A program made the position numbers and the translations under genes. From positions 37,698,001-37,762,000 of the forward strand of contig NC_045696.1 in the NCBI RefSeq assembly GCF_009834535.1: 64,000 nucleotides of DNA. The letters are read 5' to 3'. This DNA is from Camelus ferus (taxonomy: Eukaryota). This document shows, one piece after another, positions 50,420 to 64,000 of the stretch (within the stretch, counting starts at the first letter, position 1; every line of letters begins with the position of its first letter). Under the pieces are notes generated by a model. The model made no database searches. It was not told the DNA's origin and worked only from the letters and a program-made list of their open reading frames with translations.

Positions 50420-51215
50420 AGGGGACTGACACTGCTAAGAAAATGAAAGGACTAACCACAGATTGGGAGTAAATACTTGCAAACTACACCTGATGGAGGA
50501 TCTGTATCTAGAATATATAAAGAACTTTCCAACTCTATTAACAAGACAGCAAATAACCCAGAAAACAAACTGTGAGAACATCTGAACACACATCTTACCA
50601 AAAAAAAAAATTAATTCTTAAGGGACACTGCTGGCTGCCCTGGGAGATGAGATGTTGGATGGTTATATGTACCTGGCGTGTGCCTCTACTCCTGTCCTCA
50701 TCTGTACACTTACCCGCTGCAGCCAAGGGCAGTGGCGTGGCAAGCGGGGGATGCTGGCAGCACCACACTGAGGTCTATGTCCATGTTTCCTCCTGTTCTG
50801 ATGGTGCAGCCTTGCTGTCTTTCCCAGGCTATAGGGAGCTGCCGGAAAATCAAAAAAAAAAAAAAAAAAAAAAAAAGAAATTTCTTATTACATACCTCAA
50901 CACGGATATATTTCAAAAGAATTATGGCACATAAAAGGAGGCATACAAAAATCTTTACTTACTATATGATTCCATTTATATTGAACTCCTTAAAATGCAA
51001 CCTAATTAATATTGCCAGAAATTCAATCAGTGGTTGTTCAGAGAAGAGAGTATTACACAGAGGCATGAAGAGACTTTTGAGGGGAGAAGAGACATGTATA
51101 TATCACCTTGATTGTGGAGATGGTTTTATGTATATCCTGTAAACTTATCAGAACAAAAACCCTTTAGCTATTTGCAATCTAAGGGTATGTAGATTGTATA
51201 TCAATAAACATGCAA
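50420..51215 (+). mobile_element. Old L1M fragments flanking the GC-rich insert
   Basis: aagaaaatgaaagga..ccacagattgggag..gtatctagaatatataaagaact (left); tatgattccatttata..tcaccttgattgtggagatggtt (right). Confidence 0.75.
50621..50876 (+). other. Poly(A)-tailed, GC-rich insert of unknown source (probable L1-mediated retrocopy or transduction)
   Basis: 231 bp at ~56% GC by hand count with 5 CpGs, followed by a pure A25 (50852-50876). Both flanks are A-rich and end in TTCTTA (50615-50620, 50882-50887), an imperfect TSD. Confidence 0.75.
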
Positions 51216-54200
51216 AATATTTTGAAAATACAAATTTAAAGGTTAACTTTTTCTTTCTGTGAACTTTTAGAACTTATAAAAGATGTTTTGGAAATGCTAG
51301 TATTTTTAGAGTTGGTATATGACAATGTGAATAGCAGATCTTCAAGCAGATTATTACATAGATTATTTTCCAAACATTATTGAAATTATTTTTCATTCAT
51401 GAGATATTTCACAGCACAGCATCCCTGGAACTTTGGAAAACACTATACAGCAATCATAACAAATATTACTCTGTGGACTTCTAGTGCCATATTGTGGCTA
51501 AGATGGACACCAAGAGATAATTAACTCTGCACCAAGGATACAGGCTCCCATTTTGCAGTGCAGCAATCGGAAAGGAATGATTGACCCCACTAGAGATTTT
51601 ATTTTTTAGCTTCTTTTGCAGGTAGTTAGAGTCATATTACCCGTTTTTGCAATTGGTATGTAAGCAGAAGAGATGTATATCATCTTCATGAAAAAGTGGT
51701 TAATAAATATTCTTTCTCCACATTTTCTCTCCCTGTCTACTGACAGAAAGAGAAGGCCTCTGGGACCCTATAATATGGCAAAGTCTTAATCTCTGAATTG
51801 TAAGTTGTAACTTGAATGAGAAATAAATTCTCTAAAGATCTGGAGCTAGTTACAGCTATCAATATTACCATAAACAATATAAAAATTTGATCAATGAAAA
51901 TATTGTGCTCATTGCTCAACTAACTTCTCTTGATCCTTGGAGAATTTTGTAAAGGGCTCTATTACTAAATACTGTAATGCAAGACACTTTTCACTTTATA
52001 TAGTTTGTGTACATTATTTTCCTCAAACATCAACGTCAAAATGTAAAAGATGAAAAAAAAATGTGATATGAATCCCCCAATAGGCTTTGCTAGCTTAAAT
52101 TCAAATCAAATAATTCCTTTATTTACAGCCATCATGAGAAGATAAACAACTCATGTCCAGGTTGATATCTGTCATTTTTGACTTTGATGTTATACCTCAT
52201 CAAATGCCCCTCAAAGCTATCTAGACAAAGATGCATTTTTTAAACAAATACACATTGTGCAAGACATCTATTACAGTGGTATCCAATTAGCAGCATGAAT
52301 GTTAATCCATGTTATAATATAGTCCAAATATTTTTCTGAAGATTTTTACTTTCATTATGGAATTACTCAGTCCACAATTAATGAAAGTTTGATAACTGTT
52401 GACTAAAGATTTTTTCTGAGATTATTAGGAGATAATATTTATAAGAAAGCTTTGGAAATTACATATTTGAAAAAATAAATTAATGTGCCATTTATAAGTT
52501 TGAATTTTTATACTCTAAGTTCTCACCATACTATACAACCTGAACTCTATGGTCAAAATTCTATTAATTTTCAAAGTAACACACTTTACTTTTACTTTTG
52601 GTAAATGTAATATTACAAGTTTATATTCTGAAGCCCAAATTAAAACTCACACATATAGAAGTAATAACATTTTGAAAGGCACAATTCTTTTTGAATTCAA
52701 ACTTTCTTTAAAGATGTCAGATAGAGCTCAGTTATTAAAGATAACACACAGTATCTAAAACTACATTGCTTTAAAAATTTGATGTTATTGCAAGTAAAAG
52801 GCACAGTGTAGCAAGGACCAAAGGCAGACTCAAAGCAGAGCATTCAGAGGCAATAGCTGAGCACCTGTCACCTTCCCACTGTAAGACCTATGCCAGGACA
52901 AGATTCCCCTTTTGGATCAGAAATCATCACCAAGAGCATGCAGGGAATACCTCAGAATCAAGAGGCCCAACATGGAGTGTTTGACTTTATTTGATACACG
53001 AATGCTCTTAAGGAGCCTCGTGTACACTGTTCTCAGATCTCCCACTCTGTTGATTTCAACCCAATCAAAATTACAAAAGACACACTCAGTATAACATAAT
53101 TGAAAGCAAAGAACTTTAAAGATCTCTCTTCGTGGTACAAACATTATGTGCACGTATCATTATAGGAAAACCACTCAATAATGTTATATACTTAATATCA
53201 TCACTTTCTTGAGGGGGTAAATTCCAGAGTCCTCAAATTGGCAAATCAATCCTTTCATAGTCTGAATGCAGTTTATTGTTCTGTAAGTGCAAATTCAGAT
53301 CTACACACACACACACACAAATTGTCGTTGTATTGTCAAATCTTTAATTCAGTGAAACATTTTGTTCTTCATATGAGCCATGCAGAAGACTGTTCACCTC
53401 ATGGATTCCTACTCACATTTAAAGGCCATGTCTTATATCAACTCCTTTAATTCCTCCTTTAGTGTCCCTACACTTCTAGAAGTACCTGGAATGTAATCAT
53501 CGTAACTTGCAACACAGTGAGATCACAAACCTAATTCAAGTCGAGTGGTTCTAAAAAGTTCATAATTCACCTGGCCTATATTAGGACTTAGATATCTCTA
53601 TTTTAAACATGCACTCCTATTTTTCTGTTGCTTTTTGCTTATTGTGTTCTTTTGTTTGTGTTTTCCCCCTGGATACTTTAAAAAACTACTCTAAGTAGGA
53701 CTGCTTAAAAATTAGTATTTGGGTACCAAGACCTTAAACATAAATTTTCAATAAGTGATCATATATTCCAGAAAGCTAACTAAAACAACTTATGAAAGAA
53801 ACTTTAATTAGGAATTCTGGAAAGACTAGTAATATGTTAGGTATATTCTTTTTGCTTTTAATAGATATTTTATAGTTTATTTTAAATTTACTTATAAAAA
53901 TAATATTGAATAAAGGATGTTATGTGCAATATTCCCTGATACACATTTCAAATTCCTTGATACTAAGAAATTGTTTATTTGGCTAGAGAATCCCTTTTAA
54001 CCTGGTTCAATATGGATGTCTCTCATTTTTCTTCAGAATGTGATGATCCTATCTTCCTGTATGAGCCACTCTTTTCTATTATCTTTCATAGCTACAGAAG
54101 AACTTATGCTTTTCCATTTCATTCCTAATTTTGTCTGCAGTTTATTCAAGGTGAATAAATGTAGTTCATGTGAATGAACACATTTAAAATAAAATAACTG

Positions 54201-54539
54201 TGAAGTGGTTATCTGATTTGTATAAGTACATACCAGACATTTTTTTAGTTAAAATGTACAATTGATGACTTCTCACTCTTCATCCATCTATTACTTGATT
54301 ATGCTTTCCTTGTTCAAAGCTTTCTTTGGTACTACTAATTTAAGTCTTGATTTAAAAATCTGTTACATGTTTGTTTGGAATACCCTGAGTAGGTATTCAA
54401 ACTCTGAGGATCAAGAAACTCTTCAACAATTATTTGATCCAAAAACTTTAAAAAGTCATTCGATCCAAGGATAGTGTGGTTCTGGGTGACTCTGTTTGCC
54501 AGTTTATCAGTGATTTGTGCATGCAATTATTTAGCACAC

Positions 54540-54999
54540 TGTATTAGTTTCCTAGGACTGCTGTAACAAATTACTACAGAGTGGCTTAAAACAACAGAAG
54601 CTGTATTACTTCAAAGTTCTGGAGGTTAGAAGTCTGAAATCAAGATGTCAGCAGGGTGATACTCCTGAAACTCAAGGTGAGAATCCTTCCACGCCTCTTC
54701 CAGCTTGTGGTGTCTCCAGGCATTCCTTGGCTTGTGACAACATAAACCCAATCTCTGCCTCTGTCTTCACAAGTCCTGCTTCTCGGTGTCTCTGTTTCTC
54801 AAATTTCCCTCTGCTCTTTCTTATAATGACATCCATCACCGGACTCAGGGCCCACCCTAAAGGCAGGATGAGCTCATCTCTGGGTCCTTAGCTTATTGCA
54901 TCTGCAAAGACCCATCTCTTCCGAACAAGGTCACAGTCACAAGTCCCAGGGATTAGGACTTGAGCATATCTTTTCAGAGGCCACTGTTCAAACAATTCC
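54540..54999 (-). mobile_element. Near full-length MaLR solo LTR (MLT1C-like)
   Basis: tgtattagtttcctaggactgctgtaacaaattac..gttctggagg..gaagtctgaaatcaag..catctgcaaagaccc..aaggtcaca. Possible 5-bp TSD cacac (54535-54539 / 55000-55004). Confidence 0.88.
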
Positions 55000-57479
55000 C
55001 ACACCAAAACCTTCCTGGAGGCAATTATGATGAAAGGTACCTGAAATATTTTCAGCAATAATTATCTGATTCACTGAAGTAAATAACCTCCTGAGAAACT
55101 ATATTGTCTCTTTTTCTCATTCTCTCCCCTCCACCCACTGCACACATATTATTCTGGTAGATTATTTTAAGAAACAGATTAATGCCATTACTTTAGTTTC
55201 ACCTCACATATTTCATTAGCTCTATTTTCAAACTTCACCAGTTATCATGGAAATAACAATTAAAAGGTGCAAGTATTTCAAAGGGACCAGAAAGAAAACT
55301 TCATGCTGCGATAGACAATAGCAGACATGCCTACAAGTTATACAATGACTTATACTTCATGCATGTTTTCTTTTGTGTTTATATCACCTCTAAAGGAGGG
55401 AGAGAAGGCATTTATAGCTTCTTTTCATGGGTGAGGAATTTAGGTTCATAAGATCATAGTTTTAGAAGATCAGAAGGGGTAAGAGGGCATGAGCAAGCTC
55501 CATGCTCTTGACTTCAAGCTCGATCTATTCACTAGCAGACAGAATCTCGAGACACTTCCTTTTCAGTCCTGCTTCTTTCATCCCTGTTCCAAACTCTGTC
55601 TTGGGTCAGTCCATTTCCATCTCAAAGATACTGCCTGTTCTTGAAAAACTACTTTCCTCCTCCCACACATACTCAGATGGCACTCTGTGCCTGAGCTTCT
55701 TGAATAGATATATTCTCCAGGTTTGGAATGTTTCCTTTTTAAAAATGGTAGTCTCTCCAAATACAAACACTGCTGTGAGATATTTCAAGTTTGATCCTAA
55801 AAGGGACAGGTGGTTCTAGCAGATGAAATAAGGTTCCAAGATAACAAGAGGAAGTGTGGGAAGTGGGGGAGGAAGCAGTTTCTCAAAAAATGATAACGCT
55901 GATATATGTTCCCATGGCAATCTTTTTAAAAAGTTATTTCTGTAATATAAGTACTTTTTTTGATATCTAATCTAAATATATTTCTTTATAGTTCTTTTTA
56001 AAGTCATTTGATTATAATACAAATAAGGAAGTATGTATCTGTGTGTGTGTGTATATAAAGTGATATTAATACAGGAAGCTATTCCCTCCAGTTTGTTATG
56101 AGAACTCTACCTGAAAGAACACAGCTTATATTTAAAATAAGACTCATACATACTTGTAGATTTAGAGTGTTGGAGAACTTATGAAGATTTTCTTGTTGAC
56201 AGTTACTTAAGTGGAAATAGTAGCATATGCAGTTTGGAGAGACACACATACACAGATAGAGAGAGAAAGACAGAGAGAAGGAGACATCAAGCTGAACATT
56301 CTCCTTGTCTAGATATTTTAGGGTACATTTTGCTATCTCCAATTTCCAGAAATACCACAATGTGTTGAATGTTAAAACATTTTAAATCCTCTGTCTGCTG
56401 GATTCAATTCAATAAATGCTAACAAAATCTAACGATTTACATAAAAGCATATTTTAATTAAAAAAAACTAACAGACAAGCATTTTATTACTATATCAATA
56501 AGTAAAAGAGTTTAAGTTGTATCCGTTAAATTGCTCTTATTTCATTTAGTTAGACCTGAATATTTTTCACCTAAGGGAAATGATGTTTATTGAAAGATAC
56601 TTGTATGAAAAATTAAATCTGTCTGTCATAGTTCACATTTAAATTTAAATATATTTTAACTTACTGAAACTTATATTACTTTGAATAATTGGGTTATGGA
56701 CAGTTTTTTGATGAACTAGTTTGCTAAACTAAATCAAGGCAAAATGTGAAGGGTGTCAGAATATACTACCTTCTTCGATTAAATATTTAGAAATTATGTA
56801 TCTAATAGCAATCTAATACTATCATAAATTAAATAGATAAATGAAAGCAATACTTGTTTCTCTGGCTAAATAAATCTGCTATCAAAGCTTTTATGTAAAT
56901 TATTTAAAAATAATGTACAAACTCTTAGCCAGCATGTATAGTATAGCTTTTGTAACAGAATATATGGCAGAGATTTAATTAATAGTAAGATGGAAATTTT
57001 TCATATAATTTAAACAAATACCTTCTTTATGCAGCAAGCATTCATAATAGAAAATAGTAAAGAACAATAATACATTATAAAACTTTATACAAATGAGCTT
57101 AGACATAGTGTATTTCTTCAAATAAGGAGTGAAATGCAGGTATTGACAGAGTCATTGACTGAGTTTCCCTTACAAGATGTAAAAGACTTTACAGAGCAGA
57201 AGCTATATAATGCATATGTAAATGTAAAAAAATGATGATAATTTTACATATGAAAGAACATATGCTATTAAATCTTGGTTAAAAATAGTTCTTATCATGT
57301 CTTTCAACTTCACATAATTACAAATGTAAATAAGGTGTCAGTTGAGTACTGAATTAAAATATTAAAATATTAAATATTAAAATATTGAAATAAGGAAAGA
57401 TAAACCAATGACCTGGAATTGAAATCTGAATTTCTTACATTATTTTAGATAAAACTATCTTCCAAGACTTCCTTTTTAC

Positions 57480-60335
57480 TGCCTTCTATCATCTTTTAGA
57501 GCAGATTGAAATAAACAAACCAATTTGTATGATGTTTACGGTGAATATTTTAAATTAAGGTCACAGAAATGTTGAAAATAAAAATATGGAGAAAGATATT
57601 CCTTGAAAACATAGAGTAAAGAATATAAGACAAAGATAAGGCAAAAGAGTATTACTAGGAATAAAGGAGGACATTATGAAACCATAAGGGATCAATGAAA
57701 TGTGAAGATTATACAAAAGTCCTAAAGTTGATGGACATATAGATAATTTCAAATTTTATAAAACAAAAGTTGATAAAGCAACAAATCTATACTCATGCTT
57801 CAAAAATAGAATACCTTTAGAGCGATAACATGACTCTAAATAAAAGTGTTGTAACGATTAAAACTGGTGTTTGTTTTCTAACAACTATGGCATTAAGTTA
57901 GAGCACAATAATAACGCAAAGATAACCAGAAAAATCCCCAAATGCTTGAAAAGTATTCAGTACTTTTAAAAATGACACATGAGTCAAAAAGGAAATTATA
58001 ATGCATCATATGACTTATTATAATCTGAATGATAGAATGATAATGAAAATATAGTCACTGAAAATTGTCGTATGTTTCTAAGCATGTGGAAAGTAAATTA
58101 AATGTACATGAAATCTAAATCTATATATTAGAAAATCAGAACATTGAAAATCAGTTAAACTTCTAACTCAAAAGCTAAAGAAAAAAGAAGAAGAAATGAA
58201 AATCAAAGAGAAGGAAGAAAACAATAAAGATAAGAGCATAAATCAAGAAATATAAACACAACCATGAAATAAAGAAAATCATAAAAACAATTGATTTTTG
58301 AAAAAACAATGAATTGGTAAATAGTAACTGATTCATAGAAGAGGTATCTACTAGCACAAAGTATTAATATCAGCAGTGAAAGAAGTATCACTACTCCATA
58401 TTTTCCAAACATTATATACGAAGTATATTATAAAAATTTGTATGTCAAAAAAGTTTCAAAATATATGAAATGGACAATTATTTGAAAAATACAACTTATA
58501 AACAGTAATCAAGAAGATATAGACAATCTGAATAATTCTTTACCTGTTTAAAAACCTTGAATTCATAATTAAAAGCCTTCCCAACAAAATATTCTAGTCC
58601 AGATAGATTTACAGGTGTAGGCTTCCAAACATTTAAAGAAATACAACTAATTACAGCTATTCTTCCAGACAACATGGGAAGAAGAACCACATCTCATCCC
58701 CTTGTATTTGGCTAATCATGTGTCTGACTGCAACATTTTGCCAGCACATTTCAAGAAAATAAAATGTTACACTGCTATCTTTTGTGAATTCAGACACAAA
58801 AATTTTAAACAAAATATTAACAAATTTAATCCAGAAATACCTGAGGGTAATACAACAAGAATGGGTGAAATTTATTCTAGGAATGCATGTTTGGATCAAA
58901 AATTTAAAAACTGGAAAAAGTAATTAATTATTACATTAACAAAGTAAAGTAGAAAACCAATGTAATAATATCAATATATTATAAAATTATTTGAGAAAAT
59001 GAACACACATTCATGTAAAAAGGATAATTATCAACAAATTAGAAATAGGGAGAAAATATTTTTTAAATGCATCCTCAAAAACCAATAACCAACAGTTACT
59101 AATGAAATATTGATATCTTTTTCTCTAAGATTGGGAAAATGATATTTTTTATCAGTGGTTCAATTCAGAGGTATACTGGATATTTTTGGCACATTAAGAA
59201 AGCAAAAGTGTCCTAGCAAGTTTTAATAGTGATAAAAAAATAGATTACATGATTAGGTTTATAGAAATTTTAAAGAAGCAACACATTTTTTAAAAAGTGA
59301 ATTTAGAAAATTTGCTGATAAGAGTGCAACATAATAAATCAATTATATTTCTATAAACTAGTAACTAACGAGTAAAAAATTAAATTTGAAAAAAAATTTC
59401 AATAGCCTCAAAAAGACCAAATACATATATGGAATAAATCTATTGAAAGATACCAAGAACTCTCTACTACTAAAATGGCATATATTACTGAGAGAAAGTA
59501 ATGAAAATCTTAATAGGTGAAGGGAAAAACTATGTTCAATGTGATTCTATATGGTTAGTTTTAAAATTCTCCTTTCATGAATGTCTAGATTCTATTCAAA
59601 CCCCAAGGGTATTTTTGTGGAAGTTGATAAATGATTCAACCACATGTATATATAAATGCAAGAAGCCTAGAATTGTCAAGCAATTTTGAAGAAAAAGGAG
59701 TAAGCAGAATAATTTTTCTTTTCATAAGATTTTATCTTTTTAAAAATTTATTGTAATTCTACAATAATTAAGACAGTATGACCCTAGTGCTTGATAGGCA
59801 AAGAGATCACAATAATAATAAATAATTCAGAAACAAATCCTTAGCTTTTCAGTCAATTCATTTATAACAACTGTCCCACTGTAATTTTATTAGGAAAGGG
59901 TAAGAGTCAACAAATGATATTAGGCAACTTGGATATCCATATAAAAAAAGAACATTGACACCTTCCTAATATTACAGACAAAAATTTGTTCAAGATAAAT
60001 TATGGAACAAAAAGTAAAAAAAATTAAAGTACGTATAAAAATAGATATAGATCGATAGATCTTCAGCTTTTCTATTGCTTACATATACCCTACAGAAATG
60101 CAAATGTATATTTATTAAAAGACATTTAACAGAATGTCCATAACTACATGATTTGTAATAGTGACACATTGGAAAAAGACCTGACACGAAACATCCATAC
60201 AGAGCAGAATGGATTAAGAACTTGTGGTGTACTGACAGAGTATGTCAAACACAAAAGGCACATGCTATGACTCAATTTGTGTGCTGTTAGAGGTAAAAAT
60301 TATATTTTCAGACAAAACTAAACCATAGTGATAGA
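57480..60335 (+). mobile_element. Long, highly degraded ancient L1 (ORF2 body, L1M)
   Basis: A-rich remnants in ORF2 order: tgaaatggacaatta, KAFPTKYSSPDRFTG-like (~58572-58617), aaaattttaaacaaaatatta, ggaataaatcta, aagacagtatg, ttggatatccatat. Confidence 0.8.
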
Positions 60336-62294
60336 ATATCTAGTTAGGTTAATGTCAGTAAAGTTTTAAGTGGATAAGTTCTGTTACTTAGTTAATACTT
60401 AATTGAAAATAACTGTTTTTGTAGGCTAGCAGTTGTGACAAGAAATAAATACTATGGTTTGATTTAAGATAGTTGTATTACTATTTTATAAACTAATATA
60501 TAAACTTTTATAAATGCAGGGAAGTTTCAATTTCTTAAATATGAATCACTCAGGTAAGACATAAGATAATCTTTCAAATTTTGTCATTTATTTTCTCCAG
60601 AATAGCACCTATGTGAGAGTTCTTTTAAAATTTTACTGCTAAATTTGCATATAAATAATTTCAAACTGGAGGGGAAAGTGTAATATTTTACTTCAAATAT
60701 TTCATTATAATTACTTTTAATGAGACATTTAAATTTTTTCCTTTTGTTTTGTTTAGTTATTCTTTTATACATTTCCTTTCACTTGCATAGTTTTGTATAG
60801 GAATTCCAAATTTATAATACATGTTTATGATATGTACATATATTCAGAGCTTTCAGTGTATAGACTGCTACATGTATTTTCTCAATTTCATGTTTTTATT
60901 ATTTTTGACACAGTAATATTTGAATTTTATGCAATATAAATTATCAATCTTTAGTTTTATTATTTACATATGCTCACATAGCCTTACACTGAAAGCAGAA
61001 AATACTCCACATTTTATTCTAGTTTATTTGCCCATATCTTTAAAAAATATTGATATGTGATGGCACCAATTATCAGTATTTTCTTTGTAAAGAATACAGA
61101 AATGGCTAAATTTGAATATTAGGTAATAAATATCCCTTTGTGAAAGCAATCAGTTATCAAACTCTCCTGACAGCTCTAATCCCTTTCACTTTAACAGGCA
61201 AAGGAAATTAATTGGTCATACTCTTGGGTATTCTTCAGATTCAAAACAAGTGAGCTTATAGCAACAAAATTCTGCAGTCAAGAGAAAAGCCAAGATAGGA
61301 CCCAGAGAAATATAAAATTTTAAATCCAAGAGCAGCCAAGACATCCAATGAATAATATCCAAAGGGCCTCAAATATTAAGTGCTCATGGACAAGTAAGCA
61401 TAGTTTACATGACCTGTGCACAACAAGGGGAGATTTCAGGCCAAATGTAGTATCTAAATTCAGACTGAAAATAAACATTTGGTTCATCGTCCTTTGTCCA
61501 CTTATAGAAAGTTGACCTGTGCTGAGTATGTATTATAAGAAACACTTTTTGGGGGAGATGGAATAAGGAGACATTAAATAGACTTTAGGAGCTAGGACAG
61601 TGAGGGTGTTCAAGGAAATCCACTCAACGTAGCAATCTTTTGGAGGATAAAGGAAAATTAAACTTTAAGGCTGACCCAGACATTCAGTGGTTTTGAGCAT
61701 TAAGTATGCATTGACAGAGAAACTCTAACTTAATAACTCTTTGAATGTTGGACTTTAAGCTCCTGATAAAATCCATGACAAAATTGACAAAGAAATTAAG
61801 TTGGGGGTCACAAATACCAGAATAAAGGCAAAGGTAGGAAGAGGAGTTAAGGAGTGTTAAAAAGCAGCATGTGTCTGAGTAATGGTCAGTCAGTTATCTT
61901 CAGTAATTGACTGCCTTTTCTCTTCACTATTCGTTGTGTTCTCTCGTTTTCTTTGTATGTAATTTTTATGATGTCTGGTCACTGCATGTACAAGAATTGC
62001 AAAATTTCCAAATAATGCAATCTTGTACTTGAGGGCATGTTATGAAAATGGAATGAGATGCTAAGCAACTGATCCAACTAGGGATTGTGAGGCATTGTGG
62101 CTGTGTTATAATTTATTAATGTTCAATATACATCTTGATCATCCCAGTCGCTAGGGCACTACCCTTTCAGAGTTCTGACTGAGAGCCTTGTGAATTTTTT
62201 ATTCTCATCATTGAAAGACTGATGGCAATTTAGTTCTTCCCTTCAGAGGCTTTTTTTTTTTTCTTTTTCTTTTCTTGTTTTGTTTTTGATTTAT

Positions 62295-63355
62295 TGATAA
62301 ATTTTATTTTTTAGAGCAGTTTTAGGTTTACAGAAAAACTGAGCAAAAAGTATAGAAAGTTATCATACATTTCCCTTCCCCTCTGTGCACAGAATCACCT
62401 ATTATTAACATCTTGCCTTAGTGTGATAATTTTTTTTATTATTGATGAATGAATTTTGATACATTGTTATTAACTAAAGTTCATAGCTTACATTAGGGTG
62501 GACCCCTTGAACGGTACAGCTCTATGGGGTCTGATAAATGTATGATGTCATTTATCCACCACTATAGTATCATACAAAATAGTTTCATTGCCCTTTAATC
62601 TCCTGTGTTCCACCTATTTCCCCCTCCTATCTTCTCTCTAAACTGATATTTTTACCATCACTACAGTTTTCCCTTTTCCAGATTATCATATAGTTGAAAT
62701 CATACAGTACGTAGACTTTTCAAACTGATTTCTTTCACTTACAGATAATACAAAGTTTCCTCCATGTCTTTTTGTGGCTTGATAGCTCATTTCTTCTTCA
62801 ATGAATGATAATTCCTGATGCTCTACATCTTTGCCAACTAGGCTATTGTAAAACTGAAGTCAGTTAAGTTCAGGCAACATAGTTTCCCGTGACTTCTGGC
62901 TCTGGGCATATATCAAAATGGCCCCACCCCACCACTCCCTTGCGGGAAGAGCAAGAGTTTTTTTTTTTTTCTAATCTTAATCCTGACAACCCGATGAGGG
63001 TCCTGAAGTTAAAGTTCACAAAAGTGTATTCCAACAACAAAGCTCAGCCTCAGGAGTTTTTATTTCACACCAGTCCACTTTCAGTCTCTGACCATTAGTC
63101 AGTTGCCCTTTAAGTGTTCCTACCATGCTCCGTTAGGTGACTTATGTTTTCAGTAAACTGTGATTCTCTGTTTTTGTTTTTTTGTTTGTTTGTTTTTTGG
63201 GTTTTTTTGGTCTCCTTTTTGGGGAGCAGTGGCTAGTCCTGTGACCTTTATTCCCTGATAGATTCAAGAAGAGTTGAGGGGTTTTAGTTTGGACAACTTT
63301 CTTCTTGTTTTTAGGATACAGTTGGAAAGTAAGGACTTCCATGCTCTTCACACAC
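62295..63355 (-). mobile_element. Old L1 3' region (L1MC3-like)
   Basis: ttttagagcagttttaggtttacagaaaaactgagc..ttattaactaaagttcatag..catatagttgaaatcatacagta..ccatgtctttttgtggcttgatagctcatttc. Confidence 0.8.
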
Positions 63356-64000
63356 TTGACCTTCAGAGCTCTTTAACTCCTGCCTGATGAAGCTTCAAAT
63401 TATGGCAACTACTTCCAGGCAGAGGTTGGCCATGTCTTTCAGTCAGGCCACCATCCCTTTTGTTTCCTAAGCACTGAAAGAATTTTGTAATTTTAGGAGG
63501 TATTTGTCCTAACAGTTCAGTCTCCTCTGCAAATACAGAACTCAGTAAAGACCCATTGGGGAAATATGACTGTGTGTTTGAGGTCCTTTAATCTTCTAAT
63601 TTGTAACTTTAACCCCACAAGACCATTGAGAGCTGTCTTCATTTTTCTTTTAGAGGGCCAATCTCCTCTGATAGTTCAAAAACTACACACTGAAATGAGC
63701 AATTCCTCTATGAAAATAGTTTACTTATCACCAACATACGTCTGAGCAATTCAGTCCTCTGTGGAATTGATTCATCGCGTCCTCTTTGCTTTCTAACACC
63801 TTTACAAGATATATTTTTGTTATTTCCCCAGCATTTTTAGATTTGTTGCAGCAGGATCATTGACTTGCCGTGGCCCACTACATCTTACATAGAAGTCAAT
63901 TTTTCCTTTCTGCCTTTTTAAAAGCAATTTCCACTGGATGTACAAGCCAGAGTTGACATTTATTTCTTTTCATAATTTTAGAGTTGCCTTGTAATTGTCT

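Noticed and set aside
50572..51142. ORFs with poly-Lys or poly-Phe (50572-50934, 50678-51142, 50710-50916)
   Set aside because: Chance frames across the GC-rich insert, its A25 tail and L1 debris; no recognisable domain.
52800..53153. Moderately GC-richer segment with short ORFs on both strands
   Set aside because: No recognisable protein and no convincing acceptor/donor pair.
55502..55819. Overlapping short ORFs
   Set aside because: No homology that I recognise and no splice-site framing; possibly old repeat debris.
63360..64000. Window-end segment with a possible acceptor (ttttcttttag near 63653)
   Set aside because: No sustained recognisable ORF. It looks like very old L1/HAL1-type debris but is too degraded to call.

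Overview
AT-rich, CpG-poor mammalian non-coding DNA (intergenic or deep intronic). It is very probably camelid, because a tRNA-derived SINE at 19698-19809 matches the Vic-1 family as I recall it. I found no host protein-coding exon, no functional RNA gene and no prokaryote-type system. The long ORFs are LINE-1 ORF2 pieces or their antisense shadows. The window is a layered transposon record: ancient L2, MIR, L1M, MaLR (MLT1), ERV-L, MER58A and a hAT-Blackjack transposase remnant, overlaid by younger L1s, a SINE and a solo LTR. Four items stand out. (1) A 231-bp GC-rich, poly(A)-tailed insert of unrecognised origin (50621-50876) looks like a retro-copied intron/exon junction and forms a ready-made antisense cassette exon. 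(2) A young 358-bp solo LTR has a perfect 5-bp TSD and a compact octamer-CCAAT-TATA promoter. (3) Three separate 5'-inverted (twin-primed) L1s lie within the first 26.4 kb, one young with a 17-bp TSD and an open RT frame. (4) One TSD pair records reciprocal CpG decay. Repeat family names come from recalled consensus sequences, not a database search, and old-repeat boundaries are approximate. I do not see convincing evidence for a new biological system.
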